A stretch of 64,000 bases of DNA, taken from positions 608,001 through 672,000 of the forward strand of contig CM000436.1 of NCBI GenBank assembly GCA_000165345.1. Direction: 5' to 3'. The translations under genes and the position numbers were made by a program. The notes beneath the pieces were generated by a model. That model searched no databases. It was not told the origin of the DNA and worked only from the letters and a program-made list of their open reading frames with translations. Positions 11,280 to 21,620 of the stretch are shown here, piece by piece. Numbering within the stretch: the first letter of the stretch is position 1; each line of letters begins with the position of its first letter.

Positions 11280-13469
11280 ATGACAATTAGTAAGAGGGAG
11301 TTGAGATCATTCTTTGGGAGCTTGCACCCTCTAAATGTGGGGTTAGTTTTCAAAGTATATAAAGAACTCAACTATAATGATATTCAGTTTGATAAGTTAT
11401 CCGTAAGAAGGAATAAGTATACAACAAAGAGTACAGGTTTGGTCAATAATTATACTAAAAGCCAAAAAAGTAATAAAATTCGAGTTAAATATTCCGAATT
11501 TATTAAATATTTGGCAGAAAACCTCTTTGAAATGAATATTAAAGATCTTGGATATCTTCAGAGCTTAGAACTATTGGAAATTTTTCAATATATTAAGGAA
11601 AATGAGCCATCGATTAATAAAATGCATAACTCACATAAGCTAGAAAAATTAATATTTTCAATATTGAAGATTCATATTATATATATTTTGGAATTATCCA
11701 TTTTGCTATCTGAAATGAGTGAAATAAAGGCTATAATTGAAGATTTTTCAAAGTTACTGTTATGCTTTGAGATAAACGTTGAAGATCTTTTTTATAATAT
11801 TAGTGATAATGAACTTATTCAAATATTTAATTTAATTTGTTATTTCTTAGATTTGAAAGAAGAAATTATTTTAGATAAGAATCAGGATAATATCCTTATT
11901 AAAATTTTGAATATTTCTATGAACAAAATAAAAAAGCACTTTAATATTCTCTTACAACATCCATTAAAAATGAGTGAAATAATTAATCAGCCAAATAAAT
12001 CCAAATGGATTAGTTTACTCGATTCTAAAGATATTGTGATTTCAAATGAAGACTTGGTATTATACTTTATATTAAAGAATTTTAATGGTTATTGCGATAA
12101 CTTAATACAAGTTATGGAAATTATCCGTTTCAATTTCCTCTCAGATTCTGCTAAAAATGTGTATAATAGAGTCCAGAGCCCCGTTTTAAACTCAACAAAC
12201 ATAACCAGGAATGAATACTTTGTAAATAATGCATTAAGCTTTCCAAATTCTACAATTAAACCTAAATTTATGATTTTAAACAACTTATCGGATTGGTCTC
12301 AAATTCCCGTTATTAATAAACACTTTGTTATAGAAAATAACCTTAATACTGATGGTTGTTTTTCATATGAGGTACAGATTATGAATCAAGGTAAATTCAG
12401 ATTTCCTGGAAATTTCAATGATTTAGTCAAAACCTGGCATCTTTTCCTAGGAATTTCTATCAAAGTTAATGAAGAATTTCAGCCTTTTATATTTAATCTA
12501 TTTTCACTACTTTGTGAAAACTCTAACAAAAATCACACAGACAAATTTTTCCGTTGCAGTTCGATCTTAAAGTCATCCAAATATGACTTTAAAACAGGAA
12601 ATATATCAAAGAATATAATGGCGCCGGCGCCGACTGCTCTTTATAAAGAAAAGAATTACATGCAAAATGAAGTGGTTATACAAGAGGATGGATTAGTATT
12701 GGCAGATAGCAGTGGAAATGAAATTTGGAGGGATGAAAACAAAGTGATCTTTGTAGTAAATTTGAGGGAGAAGTTTATTTTAGTTGAGATTGGAGGACTA
12801 TTTTCTGTTTATATTGAAATTCTTGATAGTTTGTTTGAATATAGTGGATTACAAACAAAAAACAATCTCATTTTTCCATTAATAAGCTACAATCATGAAT
12901 ATTTTAATATAGAATTGAATTATTATTCTTGTAATTTGAGTATGAAGGAGGAACTGACAAACCTGAAGAAAATACAAAATCAAGAATACAAGAATAGATT
13001 AATTGGGTCCAAAACTAGAAGAAAATTACTCCTTGAGGTTAGTAAGAAACAGTCAGGAGCGCCAAAGAGAGTAACCAGACTTAGACCATCTGGGTCTACT
13101 AATGTTGTGATTCCTTTTTCTATGGATTCTTTAAATTCTCCTTTATTTTCTGTTACTCCTCCAACAGGTAGGAGAGGAAGACCAAAGAAAAATACCAACC
13201 AAGCATACATTAGAGAGTTGGCATATATGAATAACATGAAGGAATACTGTTCTTCATCGTTAGCAAAGGCTTCAAAGAAGAATGGAAGTAGGCAAATTCC
13301 AGAATCTACTGAAGTTCGAGATCCGGGCTCACTTGTAATAAAAAAGATCAAAAAGAAAGTAAAAGCCTCTACTACTAATAATCATCGTTATTTTAATTCC
13401 TTTTTAGGGAAACTTTTTACTAAAAGCCTCGAAAAGCTACTTGGTTTCTTTCGTGGCCGTCTGCTATAG
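11280..13469 (+). CDS. Hypothetical 729-aa protein with a C-terminal AT-hook-like GRRGRPKK
   Basis: Long uninterrupted ORF. It has a basic C-terminal region (PTGRRGRPKKN) and no recognisable catalytic motifs. Confidence 0.6.
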   Translation: MTISKRELRSFFGSLHPLNVGLVFKVYKELNYNDIQFDKLSVRRNKYTTKSTGLVNNYTKSQKSNKIRVKYSEFIKYLAENLFEMNIKDLGYLQSLELLEIFQYIKENEPSINKMHNSHKLEKLIFSILKIHIIYILELSILLSEMSEIKAIIEDFSKLLLCFEINVEDLFYNISDNELIQIFNLICYFLDLKEEIILDKNQDNILIKILNISMNKIKKHFNILLQHPLKMSEIINQPNKSKWISLLDSKDIVISNEDLVLYFILKNFNGYCDNLIQVMEIIRFNFLSDSAKNVYNRVQSPVLNSTNITRNEYFVNNALSFPNSTIKPKFMILNNLSDWSQIPVINKHFVIENNLNTDGCFSYEVQIMNQGKFRFPGNFNDLVKTWHLFLGISIKVNEEFQPFIFNLFSLLCENSNKNHTDKFFRCSSILKSSKYDFKTGNISKNIMAPAPTALYKEKNYMQNEVVIQEDGLVLADSSGNEIWRDENKVIFVVNLREKFILVEIGGLFSVYIEILDSLFEYSGLQTKNNLIFPLISYNHEYFNIELNYYSCNLSMKEELTNLKKIQNQEYKNRLIGSKTRRKLLLEVSKKQSGAPKRVTRLRPSGSTNVVIPFSMDSLNSPLFSVTPPTGRRGRPKKNTNQAYIRELAYMNNMKEYCSSSLAKASKKNGSRQIPESTEVRDPGSLVIKKIKKKVKASTTNNHRYFNSFLGKLFTKSLEKLLGFFRGRLL

Positions 13470-13690
13470 CTTCTCCAATTCATATAAAATTATAATAATT
13501 TAATTGTCTTTACCATTTGACTCTTTTTTCTACACTATTATTTAAATCCAGCTACTTCTACTACTACTACTACTACAAGCTTTCACTTTTCTAACGCATA
13601 ACACTAACTCGCTTTTATTGTTACTCTCAGCATCTAATGCATAATCCTATTTCAAGCTCTACAAATACTCATCCACCAATGCTACAATTC

Positions 13691-13711
13691 TTTGCGCATG
13701 CACGCATGCAA
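13691..13711. promoter_or_regulatory. GCATGC-type motif pair (TTGCGCATGCACGCATGCAAT) upstream of the transhydrogenase gene, with CACGTG at 13814-13819
   Basis: Similar GCATGC clusters occur at 1917-1970, 27006-27018, 46305-46314 and 61716-61734, all intergenic. Confidence 0.4.
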
Positions 13712-14152
13712 TCTTGCCCAGATTCTACCCGCCAAAATCGCTTTACTTTTTTTACTATGCCTTATATAATTTTTTCATGCAAAATGCAAACCCGCTCAAT
13801 GTTGCCGCCCGACACGTGTCAAAAGTCTCGCCGGTATATGCATAAATAATATTTTTTATTGCAATGTGAACATTGCAATTGCATGTTTGAAAAAGGTAGA
13901 GATTAAGATAAAAAAGAAGAAAATAACTCGAGCCAAAGTTTAAATTTGTTTATACAAAAAATTTATTTATATATTTATATTAAATAAGAGGTTTAATAGG
14001 CTGAGAAACTTGGAGTATACCCCTAAATATAAATATATAATAAATTAGAGAAAGTCGTGATAACCGATAAAGCTAAAAATTGAGTGTATACAGGCTTGCG
14101 TTGTATCTTTTAAAGAAAAAGGAGAGTATTTACCACTCCAAAGGAGTGAATA

Positions 14153-17100
14153 ATGTGTAAAGGAAGAAATGCGTGGATGTTGAAAAGTTCGACTTCACTC
14201 ATATTGGCGATATGTTTGGTATTATTCCTAGTTCTGGAAAATGTTAGTTGTGAAGACGTCCCAATAAGACTGAAGACTTCGAATAATTTAAGAGGTGGGC
14301 CTAGTACTAATAGAGAGTCAAATATACTCGTCCCAGCATTTGAGCCAAGTAAAGAGTACGTTGATAAATACTTTTCCTATGTTGAATCTTTTCTCAAAAA
14401 TGTCAATTATTTATCAACTTTGAGTGTTTCTCTTGAGGTATTTAGCTCCATATGCTTTGTATTATGTCTGAGAGGGTTATCCACTCAAGAAACTGCGAAA
14501 AGAGGAAATTCTTTGGGAATCGTTGGGATAATATGTGCAATAGCAGCAACTTTCTTAGCACCGACTTTTACAATGAATTGGATTATGTTCATTGTACCAT
14601 TTGCTCTAGCAATTATCATTGGAATTCCTATATCTCATTGCGTTTCAATGGTTAATATACCTCAATTAGTTGCCTTATTTCACTCATTTGTGGGTTTGGC
14701 AGCAATGTTGATATCTTTTGCAAATTTATGGACACCATTCCAGTCATCTGAGGAAGAATTCTCAGCTGTTCATGCAATTGAGATGTTTATTGGAGAGGCT
14801 ATCTCAGCGATTACTTTTACTGGTAGTATTGTTGCAGCAGGAAAGTTACATGAAATATTCCCTTCAGGAGCTCTTAAGTTGCCTGGGCGTCATTTCTTAA
14901 ATGCGCTAATGGTAGCTGGTCTAATAGCTTTGGGGTCAGTCTTCATTATTATCACAGACTATGCAAATAGAACTTACTTAATGTATGGAAACAGTCTGCT
15001 CTCAATGTTATTGGGAATACATTTGGTGGCTTCTATTGGAGGAGCTGATATGCCTGTAGCAATATCTATGCTCAATTCTTATTCAGGATGGGCCACTTCA
15101 TTCACAGGATTCCTCATCAACTCAAAGATGCTCATTATTTGTGGAGCTCTAATTGGTTCATCTGGTGCAATCCTTTCTCATATTATGTGTTTGGGAATGA
15201 ATAGATCACTACTCAATGTAATGCTTGGAGGATGGGAATCTAATGGAGACTCTAATGAAGCTCAAGCTCTTGGAGATCAATCGGATGTTAATAAAACAAA
15301 TGCAATGAAGGTAGCTAGAGACCTTTTGTCTGCAAAAAAGGTACTTATAGTCCCTGGTTATGGTATGGCCGTTTCAAGATCCCAACAAGATGTAGCTTCT
15401 ATAGTAAATGCTCTTAGACTGAGAGATATTTACGTAGAATTTGCTATACATCCTGTTGCTGGCAGAATGCCAGGTCATATGAATGTATTACTTGCAGAGG
15501 CTGATGTTCCCTACTCTATTGTCAAGGAAATGGAGGATGTAAATCCTCATATGGAAAGTTTTGATGTTGTATTGGTCATTGGAGCAAATGATACAGTAAA
15601 TCCACTTGCACTTGAAAAAGATTCCAAAATTAATGGAATGCCAGTTATAGAAGTTTGGAGAGCTTCTAAGGTTATTGTTTCAAAGAGAAGTCTAGGGAAA
15701 GGATATGCAGCTATTGACAATCCACTCTTCTTTATGAAAAACGTAGAAATGATCTTCGGAAATGCTAAGGATTCTATGATTAACATCTTACAAAATATTA
15801 TTTCCATATCTCCGGAACAAAAGAAAGCCAATTTGAATGATGATCAAGAAACTATTGACGGTACAACAGCATCTCAAGAAGATAATGAAGAGTATCCTAC
15901 CCCTACTATGACTATTGGAGTCTTAAAAGAAGATCTCCCTAGTGAAAAGCTAGTTGCTATTGCTCCAAATTTTGTCAAAAAGCTCCGTAAGCTTGGATTT
16001 AGAGTCCTTGTAGAAAGTGGAGCTGGAACAAAAAGTCAATTTGATGATCAAAAGTACGAAAACGCATCTTGCACAATTATGGCTACTCGTCAAGACGTTG
16101 TAAGTCGATCTGACGTTATTGTTAAGGTACAGAAACCAACTGATGAAGAAATCTCGCAGATGAAATCTGGCCAAACTTTGGTTAGCTACATATGGCCAGC
16201 ACAAAATCCATCGCTGCTTGAATCTTTAGCTAAAAAGGGAGTTACTACTATAGCTTTGGATGAGGTTCCAAGAACTACAAGAGCACAAAAGCTTGATATT
16301 AGAAGCAGTATGAGTAATTTAGCAGGTTATAGAGCTGTAATTGAAGCCTTTGTTCAGCTTCCTAAATTATCAAAGTCTTCTATTACTGCTGCTGGAAGAG
16401 TGGATGCTGCTAGAGTATTTGTAATTGGAGCTGGTGTGGCTGGATTACAGGCTATTGCTACTGCAAAGAACCTTGGGGCTGATGTATATGCAAGCGACAC
16501 AAGAACTGCAACTAGAGAAGAAGTTGAGAGTTTAGGAGCTAAGTTTGTTACTGTTGATATTAAGGAAGATGGCGATTCTGGGTCAGGATATGCCAAAGTA
16601 ATGAGTCCAGAGTACTTAAAAGCACAAAGTAAGCTCTATTCTAAAATGATAAGGAGCTGCGATGTTGTAATTACTACAGCATTAATTCCAGGAAAGCCTT
16701 CACCAAAGATTATCACCAGAGAAATGGTCAATTCTATGAAACCTGGAAGTGTTATTGTCGATATGGCAGCAGAAATGGCTGACACAGCTTCTGGATGGGG
16801 CGGAAATTGCGAAATTACCAAGAAAGATCAAATCTATCTGGATGAAAAGAGTGGTGTTACTATTATTGGACTTACAAATCTACCATCAACTATGCCATCT
16901 CAAGCTTCTGAATTATTTAGTATGAATGTTGTACATATGCTAGAAGAACTTGGAGGAGCAGAGCACTTTTCTGTTGATATGAAAGATGATCTATTGAAGG
17001 AAATGGTTGTTACAATTAACGAAAAAGTTACATATGTACCAGTTGATAAAAGACCTCCCCCACCAAAGAGTGAAAGTTCTAATTCCTCCTCTTCTTCATC

Positions 17101-17584
17101 TTCCAGTTCTTCATCAACAGAAACATCCCATAGATCATTCTCATCAATTATGGAGAGAGTTATCTATTCCAATGTCTCCTTTGGATTCTTCGTATTCATT
17201 TCTGTTCTTGTTTCTATTGGACTTGGTTATATCATTGATCATGATACATTGGGTAATATTCTTGTATTTTCACTCTCTGTTATTGTTGGTTATTACTGTA
17301 TATGGAATGTTACTCCTTCTTTGCATACTCCATTAATGTCTGTAACCAATGCGTTATCTGGGATTATCATTATAGGAGCAATGCTGGAATGTGGCCCAGT
17401 CATTTTATTCACTGATTTCCAAGTCTATTCTTTCCTCTTGTTCTTGGCTATGTTACTCAGCTCCATTAACATAATTGGAGGATTTTATGTTACTACCAGA
17501 ATGTTGTATATGTTCACCGATAACCAAGTTGGATCTTGTACAGGAGAAGAAGCTCAGGGTACAAAGCACACTACAATCATATAA
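14153..17584 (+). CDS. NNT: Proton-translocating NAD(P) transhydrogenase, single polypeptide in beta(dII-dIII)-alpha(dI-dII) order
   Basis: An N-terminal multi-TM region is followed by the PntB dIII motif (KKVLIVPGYGMAVSRSQQ...VLVIGANDTVNP). Then comes a PntA dI alanine-dehydrogenase-like Rossmann motif (VFVIGAGVAGLQAIATAKNLGA) and C-terminal TM helices. Confidence 0.9.
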   Translation: MCKGRNAWMLKSSTSLILAICLVLFLVLENVSCEDVPIRLKTSNNLRGGPSTNRESNILVPAFEPSKEYVDKYFSYVESFLKNVNYLSTLSVSLEVFSSICFVLCLRGLSTQETAKRGNSLGIVGIICAIAATFLAPTFTMNWIMFIVPFALAIIIGIPISHCVSMVNIPQLVALFHSFVGLAAMLISFANLWTPFQSSEEEFSAVHAIEMFIGEAISAITFTGSIVAAGKLHEIFPSGALKLPGRHFLNALMVAGLIALGSVFIIITDYANRTYLMYGNSLLSMLLGIHLVASIGGADMPVAISMLNSYSGWATSFTGFLINSKMLIICGALIGSSGAILSHIMCLGMNRSLLNVMLGGWESNGDSNEAQALGDQSDVNKTNAMKVARDLLSAKKVLIVPGYGMAVSRSQQDVASIVNALRLRDIYVEFAIHPVAGRMPGHMNVLLAEADVPYSIVKEMEDVNPHMESFDVVLVIGANDTVNPLALEKDSKINGMPVIEVWRASKVIVSKRSLGKGYAAIDNPLFFMKNVEMIFGNAKDSMINILQNIISISPEQKKANLNDDQETIDGTTASQEDNEEYPTPTMTIGVLKEDLPSEKLVAIAPNFVKKLRKLGFRVLVESGAGTKSQFDDQKYENASCTIMATRQDVVSRSDVIVKVQKPTDEEISQMKSGQTLVSYIWPAQNPSLLESLAKKGVTTIALDEVPRTTRAQKLDIRSSMSNLAGYRAVIEAFVQLPKLSKSSITAAGRVDAARVFVIGAGVAGLQAIATAKNLGADVYASDTRTATREEVESLGAKFVTVDIKEDGDSGSGYAKVMSPEYLKAQSKLYSKMIRSCDVVITTALIPGKPSPKIITREMVNSMKPGSVIVDMAAEMADTASGWGGNCEITKKDQIYLDEKSGVTIIGLTNLPSTMPSQASELFSMNVVHMLEELGGAEHFSVDMKDDLLKEMVVTINEKVTYVPVDKRPPPPKSESSNSSSSSSSSSSSTETSHRSFSSIMERVIYSNVSFGFFVFISVLVSIGLGYIIDHDTLGNILVFSLSVIVGYYCIWNVTPSLHTPLMSVTNALSGIIIIGAMLECGPVILFTDFQVYSFLLFLAMLLSSINIIGGFYVTTRMLYMFTDNQVGSCTGEEAQGTKHTTII

Positions 17585-18361
17585 TATTTCAAGATTATCC
17601 AGTTTAACTCTTGAAATTCATTGAGAGTTATTATCTACTGATTTATATGTATTAATCCTTTTTTTTTTCAAGATCTTACCATATTAAGTCGATTTACCAA
17701 TGTATATTATTCATTATAGTTATCGGAAATAACATAATCTATCAACCATTTATGCTCCAGTAAAGCTTAAGGCTCGTTTATTACAAAGGTGTTTAGTATT
17801 AGAACCCAAGATCTTTCTCAAATTAAACAAGAAACAAAAACTAAATGAATACTTTATACAGATATAACAAACAATATCTGGCTTTGAGATGATATCACAA
17901 TAAACATTGGTTTAGTTTGGTAAAATTTCAAATTTAAGGCTATTTCATTACTAAGATAGAATTAGTTGACGGAAACTTCTATTATTAGTACCACTATCAT
18001 CCTAGAGATTTTGTTATAATGTGAATAAACGACTACTTTTTTTCCTCGTCTCGTTTAACTCTAGACGCTTTTATTCATCAAAATTAGAACTTTCAATGTT
18101 AAACTAACACAATAGAAATTTCAATTATTAAGTAATAAAGAAAATACTTAAATTCAGCAAACGAATTCCAAGTTTTACAAAGAAAATTAATTTAGTAGAC
18201 AGAATATTAATTCTTAGTACTAAAGTAATTTAGTAATTGTTGAATGAAAATCTCCAGCGAGCAAAATGAGAAAAGTCATGTCTTAAAGAATAGTGATGTT
18301 GCTTCTAGAAATAAATACTTTGTAGACTTGTAATTCTAATAGGCCTTTTAACTGAAGTAAT

Positions 18362-18745
18362 TCAGTGAGCAACTGGCTGTGACTGAGTTGAAACTGGTTG
18401 TTGCTGGGATTGTGGCTGAGATTGATTCTGATTCTGGTAGAATCCACGGCCTCTACCTCCACGGCCACGTCCTCTCATTCCTCTACCTCTTCCTCTGCCT
18501 CTACCTCTGCGTCTATCACCCTTAACTGGGGCACCATTTGGACCAGAGACATTGACAGCCTTACGACGGCCCTTGTCATCAGTTTCAATTTCATATTCTA
18601 CTCTCTCATCTTGTGCCAAGGATCTGAATCCTTCAACCTTAATATTCTGCTGGTGCACAAAGATATCCTCAGATCCGTCGTCGGGGGTAATGAATCCGAA
18701 CCCCTTAGTCGAATCAAACCACTTGCAAACTCCAGATAAAGGCAT
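18362..18745 (-). CDS. Cold-shock-domain (Y-box-like) protein with an RG/RGG repeat tail
   Basis: [28 protein letters not shown] contains the RNP1-like CSD motif, followed by (RGRG)n and a Q-rich C-terminus. Confidence 0.9.
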   Translation of the reverse strand: MPLSGVCKWFDSTKGFGFITPDDGSEDIFVHQQNIKVEGFRSLAQDERVEYEIETDDKGRRKAVNVSGPNGAPVKGDRRRGRGRGRGRGMRGRGRGGRGRGFYQNQNQSQPQSQQQPVSTQSQPVAH

Positions 18746-19984
18746 TTTAACAAGTTTTATAGGTTTCTCTTAAAATCGTTTAAATCCAAAGAATTTACGT
18801 TGTCTAATGGGGTCTAAGAGAAGCTACACTAGTGTAAAATGTGAAATATACTTTACCGCGCAAAGTCTTTTATTAATAATAAAATAAAAAGTGAATATAT
18901 TATATAATCAACTTGAATATATAATATTTAAATATATATATACATATATGTTTATTTATTTATATATATTGAATGGGCAATCCACTTTTCTAAATTTGTT
19001 AACTTTTAATCAACTTGACAAATCGTATTCATAATTACTAATAAAACTAATTGATATATTAACTAATCTTAATATTTATACTAATCAACTTTGCCTTATA
19101 CATCAAATACAGATATATATAATATATTGGAGACGCGTGAGACACGACATTTAGTACCGGCGTACATAGGCGGGTAATTCAGCGCGAAGGGTGGGGAATT
19201 GTCTCAGAACCAATCAATTCTTTATAAGGCAGAGGGTATAAAGCCAAGTTGCAATTTTAAAAGATATACGAAAGAGCTGAATTTAAAAAGAAGTAATGCG
19301 GGTAATAGACATTTCGGGAGCAAAAATTGCTATAAGTGGATCCTAGAGGAGATATATTTGGCGGGAAGCCCACAGGTAAATACCAATGTGTGGGTACTTC
19401 AGCGCCTGGGAGGTTTATTAGTTAGAATGAAAAAAATTGAGGTTGAGTAGACCTAACGGCATTTATGATTTCACTTCTCCTATTGGTAGGTATTCAGATT
19501 CGTATTGCCGGACATGTAATGTAAAAATTAATATTGAGTGCCTGAATCCATGTGGCGCCAAAATTGTATTTTGTGTTGTATGGGCGAGTAATGCAGTAGT
19601 AAGATAATGTTGGTAATAGTAATTTCAGTATAGTAGCGGTAATATTATTGTTAGCAGTAGTAGTATTTATAATAGCAAAGCAGAAGTTGGCTTTAGAGAT
19701 GAGTAACTGCTCTCTATGTCTTTAGGAATTTTACTTGAAGAATTAGACTAAATTTTTAGCATAAAAGACAATGATTTGGCGCGCTGCTAAAAATTTACAT
19801 GATTAAAAATGTCAGACGAAAATGAATTCAGAATAATGAATATACACAAGTGCATATTCATATAGTCAGGATCAGTATATTCTTTAGATAAATTTACATC
19901 GAAGAAATGAGGGGGTTTTGTGTTGTTGGTCAATTAATTAGGTTCAATAAAAAATTGAGCTAATAGTTAATTCTGGATCTCTTT

Positions 19985-21109
19985 CTATATTGAGTTAATT
20001 TTTGATCCTGTTTTGAGCGTATTTTCTGATAAACAAAATCTTTCCAGTAACTAGAAACAGATTGTGAAAAATCAACATGTATTCTGAAATAATGAGTTAA
20101 TTTAGTTGATGGAAAAATATAAGTTACGATGAATTATCACAAAAATAAGATAAAGTTCAGGGAGAAGAAGAAAAGGGAAAGATCGTAGTTAGAAGTCAAC
20201 TTACCTTCTATCGTCAATTACAGCGTTCTGCATTTTCAAAAATGCCATTTCACACTGTTGTTTAGTTTCAAACTCAATGAATGCATATTGAAGAGAGTCT
20301 CCAGTCTTGTAGTCTCTAATAATGTTACAAGATTTTACTTCGCCAAATCTCGAGAATATAAGCTCTAAGTCATCGTCTTGAGTAACTGGATTGAGCTTAC
20401 AAACAAAAAGGACATTTTCTGGAGGTTTCATATCAGCATCAGGAATATCTCCAAGAATCTCTAAGGTTATAGCTCTAGATTTAGCTTCTCTTTCACTAAT
20501 AGAATTTAGAGCTTTAACTTCATCCTGATCATACGTTTGAACCAATGGATCAGTTTCTTCTGGAGGTGAATTAGGTGGAATGATTTCTAGAAGCTGTGGA
20601 GAGTCTTCAAAAGGATCATCCAATATATACGTATGTAGAATCATAACTTTTTGTAAAGGTATAGAATTTTCATCTGTAATAACTTGGTTGAGTTTAGACA
20701 AAATAGGAATCCCTTCCTCAACTTGAGCAAAAATTACATGATTACCATCCAAATGACTTAATTCATCTTTCAGTGTAAAATAAAACTCTGAACCCAAAGA
20801 ATTCTTGGAAATATGATTGACCATTCCTAGAACCCCCATTCTTTTATGCTTAAGTTTTGGTGTAGTTTCAAGTTCCAAAGATATATTATCCTTTTTCTGA
20901 TTACTTAATAACTGATAAAGTGAGGAATTCCCATATTGCTTAGATCTGCCAGTTCTGGCAATGAAATCTTTCTCTATCTTATAAAATTCACAATTATTAT
21001 AGAATTTAAGCTTACAGAGCTTTAGAAAGTTTTCACACGTCTTTGGACAAAGATCCACATTTAAATCAATCACCAAGTCCCCTAAAGTAGTTTCAATTAA
21101 CACAGACAT
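19985..21109 (-). CDS. PPIL4: Cyclophilin-type PPIase plus RRM protein (PPIL4-like), two exons join(20205..21109,19985..20084) on the minus strand
   Basis: It has a PPIase-like domain, then RRM motifs (LFVCKLNP, QYAFIEFE). The apparent stop in ...VIDDRR-TAA is AG|GTAAGT. Splicing to the acceptor ...TTATTTCAG at 20085-86 gives ...DDRR-IHVDFSQSVSSYWKG, the conserved RRM-terminal IHVDFSQSV motif of PPIL4. Confidence 0.8.
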
Positions 21110-21620
21110 GTAAGAATCAAGTTCTTCTTATTGAACTAATCCAAAAATCAATAATCTAAATCTTCATGTTATCAAGTTAATCTCAAATGTATTCCTTTGA
21201 ACTTTAACCTCTAATTTGATTAGACACTTTTTATTAATTATTATGGTTGCTTCTTTATATCTTTAGGCGGGTAATTCCTCACTAAGTGTTACCGGTATGC
21301 ATTTTTTTTATTTCTTAAAAGACTATATTTACCGTCATTTTTTTCATGTGGACAACAAAAAATTAAAAATTGTTAAAAAATATTACATGCTCGTATTTTA
21401 GTAGTAAAAGGAAAGGGAAAGAGAAAACTACAAAATAGGAGAATTTGTAACAGACAATAAACTTCGTAGAATATTACTAATTTATGAGAAAATAATAAAG
21501 TTCAATATTGAATCAAGAAGGGTAGAACAAAAATATTTAAGAATTATTGAGAACTCTTTTCTTTATTTCCTTTGGATTTGCTACTTTAACTGGCTTGAAT
21601 TAATCTGACCATTTCAAAAT

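Noticed and set aside
19361-19420. Resemblance to 5S rRNA (GGAAGC...GTACTT...CGCCTGGGA)
   Set aside because: Only two short blocks match. The intervening helix IV/V sequence (GGATGGGAGAC) and the 5' CCATACC/GAAC loop A are absent. Length and order are incompatible with a functional 5S gene.
19199-19450. 83-aa ORF in the GC-rich island
   Set aside because: No upstream promoter motif in the right phase, atypical composition versus neighbouring genes, no domain. More likely non-coding or UTR sequence.
19590-19680. Repeated AGTAGTA motifs considered as a possible U2 snRNA branch-point-recognition sequence
   Set aside because: The flanking sequence does not match the conserved U2 5' region (GGCUAAGAUCAAGUGUAGUAUCUGUUC) on either strand. 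This is probably simple-sequence repetition.
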